The notes below the pieces were generated by a model that saw only the letters and a list, made by a program, of their open reading frames with translations, was not told where the DNA came from and searched no databases. The position numbers and the translations under genes are program-made. A stretch of DNA of 14,068 nucleotides from Hormoscilla sp. (GTDB taxonomy: Bacteria > Cyanobacteriota > Cyanobacteriia > Cyanobacteriales > Desertifilaceae), in contig JBFRWI010000211.1 of NCBI GenBank assembly GCA_051439505.1, positions 1 to 14,068 on the forward strand. Reading direction: 5' to 3'. Shown here in pieces: positions 1 through 7,078 of the stretch; the stretch's first letter is position 1; each line of letters begins with the position of its first letter.

Positions 1-168
1 ACTTTAGTCCTTGCCGTTCGTAGTAAGGACTTTAGTCCTTGCCGTTCGTAGTAAGGACTTTAGTCCTTGCCGTTCGTAGTAAGGACTTTAGTCCTTGCCG
101 TTCGTAGTAAGGACTTTAGTCCTTACCCCGTCAACTAGCCGTTGAGGACTAAAGTCCTCACTACAAAC
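1..168 (+). repeat. Tandem array of 28-bp GTAG-REP-like palindromic units with one inverted terminal copy (BIME-like); truncated by the window edge
   Basis: Unit ACTTTAGTCCTTGCCGTTCGTAGTAAGG is identical at 1, 29, 57 and 85, with a partial copy at 113-124. Read from GTAG, the repeat contains the hairpin AAGGACT-TT-AGTCCTT. Inverted copy GAGGACTAAAGTCCTCACTACAAAC at 144-168. Confidence 0.9.
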
Positions 169-188
169 CAATAATAACTTACCACAAC

Positions 189-968
189 ATGAGATATCTG
201 AAATTATTAGGACTATTCTGGGGAACCGCGATCGCGGCTGTGCTAGAATACCGAATCAACTTTATCATTGCCGCCATCAGCAGCCTGAGTAATCTGGCAG
301 GCAGCTTATTTGGGCTCTTCTTATTTTACCGCACTGGCTATACTTTTCACGGATGGAGTTGGGCCGAAGCTCTCATAGTCATGGGTATTTTTACTTTACT
401 TCAGGGCATTTATGCTACCTTTCTCATTCCCAACCTGAATTACATTGTTACCTACGTACAGCAAGGTACGTTAGATTTTATACTCTTAAAGCCGATTAGT
501 TCTCAATTCTGGCTTTCTACCCGCACCCTTTCCCTGTGGGGGTTGCCAGATTTTATCTTTGGTCTAGCGATCGTCGTTTATGCGGGAGAACATTTAGAAC
601 TTGGTGTTAAAAATTACCTACTGGCTGTGGTGCCCCTTTTATGCGGCACCCTCAGCCTCTACAGCCTGTGGTTTATGCTGGCAGCTACTAGCATCTGGTT
701 CGTGAAAGTATACAATGTGACGGAAGTGCTCAGAGGTCTCCTGGAAGCGGGGAGATACCCTCTAGTGGCCTATCCTGCTGTTTACCGGTTCTTCTTTACT
801 TTCGTGATACCTGTAGCATTTTTAACTACTGTCCCCGCTGAGATGATGCTGGAACGGGGGGAGTTAACCTGGGCGATCGGGAGTTTGGCCCTGGCCCTGG
901 GACTGTTTTGGGCGGCGAGTGCTTTCTGGCGGTTGGCCTTGCGCTTCTATACTAGCGCTTCTAGTTAA
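189..968 (+). CDS. ABC-2 family transporter permease (DUF990 / ABC2_membrane_6 type)
   Basis: 259-aa hydrophobic ORF with about six TM segments; family-typical motifs LEYRINF, V..GTLDFILLKPISSQF, GRYP..YP and FTFVIPVAFLTTVPA. Confidence 0.88.
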   Translation: MRYLKLLGLFWGTAIAAVLEYRINFIIAAISSLSNLAGSLFGLFLFYRTGYTFHGWSWAEALIVMGIFTLLQGIYATFLIPNLNYIVTYVQQGTLDFILLKPISSQFWLSTRTLSLWGLPDFIFGLAIVVYAGEHLELGVKNYLLAVVPLLCGTLSLYSLWFMLAATSIWFVKVYNVTEVLRGLLEAGRYPLVAYPAVYRFFFTFVIPVAFLTTVPAEMMLERGELTWAIGSLALALGLFWAASAFWRLALRFYTSASS

Positions 969-1012
969 GCAATTTTTGTGGCAAAATGGATCGCAGCAAG
1001 GGCAGATTTTGC

Positions 1013-1112
1013 GGGTACACTGCATATTTTCCTCCCGCCCGAACCCTAAAGGGTCCGGCTACATGAACAAAGCCCGCCTGCGCGGGCTAGATTACAAAAG
1101 TGCAGTGTACCC
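1013..1112. mobile_element. MITE family A (100 bp) with 8-bp target-site duplication
   Basis: TIRs GGGTACACTGCA (1013-1024) and TGCAGTGTACCC (1101-1112); direct repeat GATTTTGC at 1005-1012 and 1113-1120; internal palindromes ACCCTAAAGGGT and AGCCCGCCTGCGCGGGCT. Confidence 0.85.
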
Positions 1113-1149
1113 GATTTTGCGGCTAACTACCAAGACTGGGTACAGACTC

Positions 1150-1667
1150 ATGATTATTGGCGGGCGATATGAAATCATCAACGTCCGATCGGGGGACAGT
1201 GAGTATCATGGTTGAAGATTTAGGATCGTCCCCTCCCTCGCTGAAAGAATATACCGATAACTATCGGCAGTTGATCGATAAATCTTTCGATCTGAAGGAG
1301 ACCAAGAGTACGACATGGGTGTGGTCAAAAACAGTTGATCGTTCGGGCGGCCCTCCCAGTCGCCGGATCCCCCCAAACCCCCCTTAGAAAGGGGGGCTTC
1401 CGGAGCCCCCCCTTTTGGAAGGGGGGGTTTGGGGGGGATCGGGCTACAACTACTTTTGACCACACCCGTACGACATTGGCAAACTATCCCGCGTGGCAGA
1501 TCGTTTTCACTGGCAATAATGGCAAATTCCAATTCAAGCGGCGGCAAATATGGACATTAAAGGACGATCGAGCTTACGTGCTGACCTATACGGCCCCAGT
1601 GGATGACTATGGGGAATTCGAGGAGACTGTGCAAGATATGATTAAGTCATTAGAATTTGATAATTGA
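1150..1667 (+). pseudogene. Disrupted gene encoding a PsbP/Mog1p-like (DcrB-like) domain, probably the remnant of a Ser/Thr kinase-PsbP-domain gene
   Basis: Removing MITE 1317-1467 plus one TSD fuses ORFs 1157..1387 and 1335..1667 in frame: ...VEDLGSSPPSLKEYTD...KETKSTT|LANYPAWQIVFTG...QIWTLKDDRAYVLTYTA...MIKSLEF, a PsbP-like pattern. ATG at 1150 gives MIIGGRYEII (kinase-like start) in another frame. Confidence 0.75.
1317..1467 (+). mobile_element. MITE family B, copy 1 (151 bp), 9-bp TSD
   Basis: TIRs GGGTGTGGTCAAAA (1317-1330) and TTTTGACCACACCC (1454-1467); TSD GTACGACAT at 1308-1316 and 1468-1476; C/G-run palindromic core. Confidence 0.95.
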
Positions 1668-1693
1668 TATCAGTGGAACGGGCAGGATAAACA

Positions 1694-2251
1694 GTGACGA
1701 GCGAAATTTATGTAAGCACAGATATCGAAGCGGATGGTCCGATCCCAGGACCCCACTCCATGCTGAGTATTGGATCTGCCGCTTATACCGCAGACAAAAA
1801 AATGCTTGCCACCTTTACGGCAAATCTAGAAACCTTACCAGGGGCCCAAGGACATCCCAAAACTATGGCCTGGTGGTCAGAACAGCCAGCAGCTTGGGCG
1901 GCCTGTCGGGTTAACCCACAGCCACCAGATCAAGTGATGCAGGAATACCATGGCTGGGTACAGTCATTGCCAGGTAAACCGATCTTTGTTGCCTATCCAG
2001 CCGCCTTTGATTTTATGTTTGTCTACTGGTACTTGATGACCTTTGTAGGCGATAGCCCCTTTGGACATTCGGCACTGGATATTCGATCCTATGCCATGGC
2101 ATTTCTAAAAGCAAACTACAGTGAATCAGCACAAAACAATCTACCAGTTGAGTGGTTGGAAGACCTTCCCTTGACACATATCGCGCTGGATGACGCCATC
2201 CAGCAGGGGACGTTGTTTGGCAATCTGTTGCAAGCTTGTTTGCAGAGTTAA
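1694..2251 (+). CDS. DEDDh 3'-5' exonuclease, Rv2179c/RNase AS-like (DUF5051-type)
   Basis: Exo[11 protein letters not shown], ExoII AAFDFMF, LDIRS, Exo[11 protein letters not shown]; 185 aa, GTG start with upstream AGGA. Confidence 0.85.
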   Translation: MTSEIYVSTDIEADGPIPGPHSMLSIGSAAYTADKKMLATFTANLETLPGAQGHPKTMAWWSEQPAAWAACRVNPQPPDQVMQEYHGWVQSLPGKPIFVAYPAAFDFMFVYWYLMTFVGDSPFGHSALDIRSYAMAFLKANYSESAQNNLPVEWLEDLPLTHIALDDAIQQGTLFGNLLQACLQS

Positions 2252-2291
2252 CTCTGTTTGAAACCTGGAGAATTATACTCGACTAAGTTCT

Positions 2292-2579
2292 AGTGACCAG
2301 GGAGACCCCAATACCCAATACTTCTCGGTTAATAACCTGTCATTGCGAGGGGGGGCCAAACCGACATATCGGGATCGCCGCTGGGATGTCCCCCCCCCCG
2401 AAGCAATCTCCCCGACGACATGATAGTGCGGGGATTGCTAGCCGGACTGCGTCGGGCCGCTGCGCTAACGGGGGGGGGGATTAACTCAATTTCCTGCTTG
2501 TTGATAGCGACTTACCCCCCCCCTCGCAATGACATCCTCTATCTTTAACCGAGAAGTATTGAAGGAGACCCTGGTCACT
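2292..2579. terminator. Interrupted inverted repeat (AGTGACCAGGG / CCCTGGTCACT), likely the original terminator-like hairpin between the convergent exonuclease and NTase-like genes
   Basis: Arms at 2292-2302 and 2569-2579 are perfect reverse complements, now separated by MITE family C; no clear U-tract. Confidence 0.5.
2316..2561. mobile_element. MITE family C (246 bp) with 17-bp TIRs starting CAATAC (IS4-like ends)
   Basis: TIRs CAATACTTCTCGGTTAA (2316-2332) and TTAACCGAGAAGTATTG (2545-2561); inner IR TGTCATTGCGAGGGGGG / CCCCCCTCGCAATGACA; inner AGCAATC / GATTGCT; GGAGACCC occurs on both flanks (2301-2308, 2564-2571) but offset from the TIRs. Confidence 0.85.
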
Positions 2580-2610
2580 CCCGAACGAGGGTGAAATCCC
2601 GGACTAAAAG

Positions 2611-3936
2611 TTAGGCATTGACCTCCTCGATATAAGCCTTAATCGCGGGGATTCCAGTCATCTTTTCATAGAAGAAATTGTTAACAATTTTCATCAGCTC
2701 CGCTTGGGCTGCTTCTACCTGGGAATCCATTTTCTTACCCGGCTCTTGGCGGCTCAAGATGCGAGATAGACGCAGAAGATAGCGCACAATCTCCAATTCC
2801 TCTTCCCCTTCCAATACCTTGATGACTGCCATGATCAGTTCATCTGTCTGATCGAGAATGTTGTCGATATCAAAGACGGCGCTGTTTTCCGAGGCTTCTT
2901 GGACGGTTCGCACCAGAGCGTTGACTTGATAAAGTAATGCAGCGGGTTCGTCGAATAGCTCCCGTAGATATGCGGCTTCTTCATACTTCCCGTTCAATCG
3001 GAAAATATTATACATGCGCTTGGCAGCTTTGCCATAGTTGGGGTGGTCGGGATTAACATATTTTTTAACTTCCTTTTGCAACTGAGCCACATAATCATCC
3101 ATGACATCGGTGGAGACTTGCTTGACCAATTTGTTAAAGATTGGCGCGTCCCCAGCATCTAGGTAAACCTCCTGGAAGTAGGCATCTAGATAGCCATCTA
3201 GGGGAGTGATTGTGCCATCGGGGGCTTCCCAGGTGACATCCAACATATTGCTAGCGTTGGCCAGTTGACCGCGCTTTCCATCGGCAATCACCCAGTCTAG
3301 CTTGCACCAACCAGGATCGTCGGCTACGGAGTCCCATGTAATGACCACAGGATTACCCTGAGAGTCTGTCCCTTCGATCTTTCCTGCGGCAAGATCGTCT
3401 GGTTCCCAGCTAATTGGCGAACCTTTCTGTCGGGTTTTCCCCCCACGTATGACATCGGTGGGATAGCTGCCGAACTTTAGTTCCATTAACTGGTAATTAG
3501 GACCAGACCGGTAGTTGAGCCCCTTCTCACGCATTATCCGGGCCAGAATCTGGCAGGCTTCATCACGGGTGGGGGCTATAATATTTACCCGCTCGAAGTA
3601 GTCGCAGTCGCCGGGGTATGTTTGAATTTTCGATTGTGCCGCCGATCCGGAGAGGGCCAAGGCGGTTTCCACCTGGCCGGGGATGTCCTCAAATTCGACA
3701 ATTTTGCCGATCGCGCGAAAGCGTGCTAGATCTTGCGGATTGAAATCCAACATGCTGACTTTGTGACCGAAAACACCCGCGTCTTGATCCACAACTATAT
3801 CGCTGTCACCTGTCGCTTCGGCGATCGATTTCATCCAGCTTTCTAATTCTTGCTCCTTGAGTTCAACCCCCAAGCGCTTGGCGGATTCAATGACGCGGTT
3901 GCGTGCTTCTGCATTTTGATCTGCTGTTGTTGACAT
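2611..3936 (-). CDS. Hypothetical protein with a Pol-beta-superfamily nucleotidyltransferase signature
   Basis: 441-aa intact ORF with ATG and upstream AAAGAGA. Motif LSGSAAQSKIQTYPGDCDYF fits hG[GS]x9-13Dh[DE]h; candidate third Asp in WCKLDWVI; helical C-terminal half. Confidence 0.7.
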   Translation of the reverse strand: MSTTADQNAEARNRVIESAKRLGVELKEQELESWMKSIAEATGDSDIVVDQDAGVFGHKVSMLDFNPQDLARFRAIGKIVEFEDIPGQVETALALSGSAAQSKIQTYPGDCDYFERVNIIAPTRDEACQILARIMREKGLNYRSGPNYQLMELKFGSYPTDVIRGGKTRQKGSPISWEPDDLAAGKIEGTDSQGNPVVITWDSVADDPGWCKLDWVIADGKRGQLANASNMLDVTWEAPDGTITPLDGYLDAYFQEVYLDAGDAPIFNKLVKQVSTDVMDDYVAQLQKEVKKYVNPDHPNYGKAAKRMYNIFRLNGKYEEAAYLRELFDEPAALLYQVNALVRTVQEASENSAVFDIDNILDQTDELIMAVIKVLEGEEELEIVRYLLRLSRILSRQEPGKKMDSQVEAAQAELMKIVNNFFYEKMTGIPAIKAYIEEVNA

Positions 3937-4283
3937 ATTTTATCTCTTTGGGTTTGATTTAACTGTCACCAGGGGCGATCGCCTCTGGGAGTTTTCCTTG
4001 GGAGGGTCGATCCTCACCGATCTTGCTCTCGAACTTTGGAGCTTTCGTCGATTTCCAATCATAACCGCTTTTCCGATCGTTGTCAAGCCCGAATGCTGGG
4101 ACGATCGTCTCGGTTGCGGCCTGTAGCGCGAGTAAACCAGCTTGTTGCTTGGCTTAGGGACTGACCATCAGGGACCGCATCAACAGATTACGCCGTACAC
4201 CGATGGACCGAAGATGGTATTAATGGACATCAGCTGGTTAATTTAACCCCCATGAGCAATCGGCAATTGACATCCGGACATCC

Positions 4284-4350
4284 GGGGCACGGCATTAGAT
4301 ATCTGATATCTGTAGGTTTTGCCCAAAGCTTATGGATGCCGTACACCTAC
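4284..4350. repeat. GTAG-type REP-like inverted pair (GGGGCACGGCAT ... ATGCCGTACACCTAC)
   Basis: Imperfect inverted repeat of the same motif found at 4781-4916. Confidence 0.6.
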
Positions 4351-4370
4351 AATTGGTCCTGTCAAAATTG

Positions 4371-4780
4371 TTAGGACGTTTCTTTTTCGGGTGTGGTCAA
4401 AAGTAGTTGGAGAGGATCCCCCCCAAACCCCCCCTTCCGAAAGGGGGGGGCTTTGAAGCCCCCCTTTCTAAGGGGGGTTTGGGGGGATCCCGCGACTGGG
4501 GTATGCGATGTTCGATCAACGGGTTTTGACCACACCCTTCTTTTTCAGCTACCTGCCTGACTTGCTTCAATTCCAATTTTAATATCTCCGCCACCGCCTT
4601 AATAGTCAAACCTCGTGCTAACATCTCTGGGACGGCTTCTAACTTAGCTTCGGTCAACAGGTCTTGTGCTAGCCGCGTCTGTTTTAAATCCTCTATTCCT
4701 AACATGGCTTGCAATTCCTCCCGACTAAGATTCTACAATTTGTACAAAAACATCTGGTTCTCAACTACAATCTCTCTCTT
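4371..4780 (-). pseudogene. 3' fragment of a DUF2887 / Rpn-family (PD-(D/E)XK putative transposase) gene
   Basis: Minus frame reads ...MFLYKL*NLSREELQAMLGIEDLKQTRL...AKLEAVPEMLARGLT..VAEIL.L, a typical DUF2887 C-terminus. In-frame TAG at 4733-4735, 5' part missing, original end ...AEKETS* (stop 4371-4373) split by a MITE. Confidence 0.8.
4389..4537 (-). mobile_element. MITE family B, copy 2 (149 bp), inverted relative to copy 1, 9-bp TSD
   Basis: TIRs GGGTGTGGTCAAAA (4389-4402) and TTTTGACCACACCC (4524-4537); TSD TTCTTTTTC at 4380-4388 and 4538-4546; reverse complement aligns with 1317-1467. Confidence 0.95.
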
Positions 4781-5018
4781 GCCGTGCCCCGGCTTTGCAT
4801 TGGCGATCGCCTGTATCCCGGGGCACACAGTCCATTTTGCGATCGCCTCCAGGCCGGGGCACGGCGATACTTACCTTTTCATCTTCACCGATAATCTTTT
4901 GATGCCGTGCCCCTACATTATAAATGCGATCGCCCCCATCCGCCACCATACCAGAAACCGGGTTTCTGCGATATTTTTTCCTACTCCCGCCATATTTCTC
5001 AAAGAAACCCGGTTTCTC
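4781..5018. repeat. Mosaic cluster of REP-like palindromes (GGGGCACGGC family and AGAAACCGGGTTTCT family) with HIP1 sites
   Basis: GCCGTGCCCCGG (4781), CCGGGGCACA (~4818), CCGGGGCACGGC (~4854), ATGCCGTGCCCCTAC (~4902-4916); AGAAACCGGGTTTCT (~4953) and AGAAACCCGGTTTCT (~5003); three GCGATCGC. Confidence 0.75.
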
Positions 5019-5029
5019 GCACCAACTTA

Positions 5030-6817
5030 TTAATATCCCCAAGTTAAAGCACCCGGTCGGCGAGGATCGGAAGCACCCTGGAATTTTCCGTCTACGTACA
5101 TGATACTCTGGGTGCTACCCATTGCTGATTGCACTGAAATCTGATGTCCTTTTTCTTTTAACAGACGGATGGTGTCAACACTTAAGCCCTTTTCTATTCT
5201 CAGTTTATCCGGTAACCATTGGTGATGCACTCGGACGGCATTGCTGGCCGCCGCAATATTCATCTCGTGATCGATAACATTCATAACCAGTTGCAGCACC
5301 GTGGTGATAATTCGACTTCCACCCGGACTCCCAGTCACCAGAAAAGGTTTGCCATCACGCATCACAATGGTGGGGGTCATTGAACTGAGCATTCTTTTTT
5401 CTGGTGCTATGGCGTTGAACTCTCCTCCAGTTAACCCAAAGGCATTAGGAACCCCCGGTTTCGCGGAAAAATCATCCATCTCGTTGTTCAGCAAAATGCC
5501 CGTTCCAGGTACCGTAATTTGGCTGCCATAAGTGAAGTTCAAGGTGTAAGTATTGCTGACAGCATTGCCAAATTTGTCCATCACTGAATAATGTGTTGTA
5601 TCGTTGCTTTCTGATAACTGGGTGGGATTCCCGGGTGCAATTTCTTGACTGGGTGTTGCCCGATCGGGTTTTATTCTCGCCCGCTGTTGGGCACCATAGC
5701 TTTTAGATATCAAACCAGCAATGGGAACGGGGGCAAAATCAGCATCTCCTAAGAACTTCGAGCGATCGGCATAAGCCAATTTCATACTTTCGGTCATCAA
5801 ATGAATAGTTTGGGCCGAGTTATGTCCTAGTTCCCCAATGGGAAATGCTTCTAAGATATTCAACATTCCGATCAGATGGACGCCACCGGAACTGGGAGGT
5901 GGCATAGAATAAATTTCATATCCCCGATAGCTGCCCTTTACTGGTTCTCGGATGACCGGTTCGTAGGCCCCTAAATCTGCTTTGGTAATCAAACCCCCAT
6001 TGGCTGCCATTTCCGCCGCGATCGCCTCGGCAATTTCTCCCTGATAAAATGCCTTCGACCCCTGTTTAGCGATCAGTTTCAAACTCTTCGCTAAATCCTT
6101 TTGCACTATAATTTCACCCACCTCATAGGGGACGCCGTCGGGCTTATAAAAAATGGCCATACTGGCCGGATAACCTTCCATATATTTCCGAGAAAATGCC
6201 AACGAACGCTGCATATCTTCAGAAAATGGGAACCCCTTTTCTGCCAATTCAATTGCTGGTTGCAAGGCTCGTTCTAAAGATATTGTACCGTATTTTTCCA
6301 GAGCCAATGTCAACCCCGCCACCGTACCAGGAACCCCTACAGCTAAATGACTGAAGCGAGACTTTCCTTTGTCTACTTCACCCTTTTCGTTCAGAAACAT
6401 CTCCCGGGTTGCAGCTTGGGGAGCTTTTTCCCGATAATCAATAGCGACTGTTTGGTTATCCTTTGCCAGATGAATTAGCATAAAACCGCCACCGCCAATA
6501 TTTCCAGCCCGAGGCAATGTTACCGCGAGAGTGAAACCGACCGTTACAGCGGCATCAACCGCATTTCCTCCCTCTTTTAATACTTGCAAACCTGCCTCGG
6601 TAGCATAGCGTTCCTTAGATGCTACCATGCCATTCATTGCCCTGACTGGATGAAATATATCCTCGCGACTATAGATAGGGCGGTCCTGAAAAGTTGGACT
6701 ATTAGTTTGTTTTTCTGGCGCGGCTACCACACAACCGGCGATCGCCCCCATAAACAGCAATCCTCTGAAGAGCAGCTTTGGCCTTATTAGAGATCTTGTT
6801 CGAGATATTTTTGCCAT
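5030..6817 (-). CDS. ggt: Gamma-glutamyltransferase (glutathione hydrolase), exported
   Basis: Motifs GGNAVDAAV, GNIGGGGF, IDYREKAP, MPPPSSGG, autocleavage Thr in ESNDTTHYSV, LNNEMDDF, LSSMTP, GSPGGSRII, SDPR. Start ATG 6817 (MAKISR) has SD AGGAGG, giving 595 aa rather than 615; signal-like hydrophobic N-terminus. Confidence 0.96.
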   Translation of the reverse strand: MAKISRTRSLIRPKLLFRGLLFMGAIAGCVVAAPEKQTNSPTFQDRPIYSREDIFHPVRAMNGMVASKERYATEAGLQVLKEGGNAVDAAVTVGFTLAVTLPRAGNIGGGGFMLIHLAKDNQTVAIDYREKAPQAATREMFLNEKGEVDKGKSRFSHLAVGVPGTVAGLTLALEKYGTISLERALQPAIELAEKGFPFSEDMQRSLAFSRKYMEGYPASMAIFYKPDGVPYEVGEIIVQKDLAKSLKLIAKQGSKAFYQGEIAEAIAAEMAANGGLITKADLGAYEPVIREPVKGSYRGYEIYSMPPPSSGGVHLIGMLNILEAFPIGELGHNSAQTIHLMTESMKLAYADRSKFLGDADFAPVPIAGLISKSYGAQQRARIKPDRATPSQEIAPGNPTQLSESNDTTHYSVMDKFGNAVSNTYTLNFTYGSQITVPGTGILLNNEMDDFSAKPGVPNAFGLTGGEFNAIAPEKRMLSSMTPTIVMRDGKPFLVTGSPGGSRIITTVLQLVMNVIDHEMNIAAASNAVRVHHQWLPDKLRIEKGLSVDTIRLLKEKGHQISVQSAMGSTQSIMYVDGKFQGASDPRRPGALTWGY

Positions 6818-6861
6818 AGGGTTTTCCCTCCTATTTACTCTTTTTAGCAGAACCCAGGTAA

Positions 6862-7077
6862 AAAATTCAAAATTCAAAAGTTAAAATTTTGAAACCCCTT
6901 GAATGCAAGGCTTTCAGGGGTGCATCCCAGTTTTGAGAATTGAAAATTGAAAATTGAAACTTGAAACTTGAGCTATTTTACATTCGCCCTTCGCGATTTG
7001 CAAGTTGCAATTATTCGTGTTTATCGCTTGCATGCATTGAGATGCTTTTTGAATTTTGAATTTTGAATTTTGAATTG
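6862..7077. repeat. STRR-like heptamer repeats (AAAATTC / TTTTGAA / AAATTGA) in inverted arrangement
   Basis: AAAATTCAAAATTCAAAA at ~6863-6880, GAAAATTGAAAATTGAAACTTGAAACTTG at ~6942-6970, and tandem TTTTGAA at ~7047-7075. Confidence 0.75.
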
Positions 7078-7078
7078 C

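Noticed and set aside
1..124. CRISPR array
   Set aside because: Units are fully identical with no unique spacers and no cas genes are present; it is a tandem REP-like repeat.
919..1547. ORFs 919..1215 (+), 1157..1387 (+), 1206..1547 (-) and 1335..1667 (+) as independent genes
   Set aside because: They run through MITE sequences or are the split halves of one pseudogene; the Pro/Gly-rich stretches are translations of C/G runs.
2293..2484. 63-aa ORF
   Set aside because: Lies almost entirely within MITE family C.
2611..3936. CBASS or MNT-HEPN toxin-antitoxin operon
   Set aside because: No effector, Cap2/Cap3, HEPN or other partner gene is co-oriented nearby; only the NTase motif is supported.
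4093..4260. Possible gene remnant on the + strand (…YAVHRWTEDGINGHQLVNLTP…)
   Set aside because: Short, interrupted by a stop, and no recognisable family.
4704..5042. ORFs 4704..5033, 4709..4894 and 4761..5042
   Set aside because: Read-throughs of REP-like palindromes with no protein-like signature.
6818..6877. 20-aa N-terminal extension of GGT
   Set aside because: Starts inside STRR repeats; the ATG at 6817 has a strong SD.
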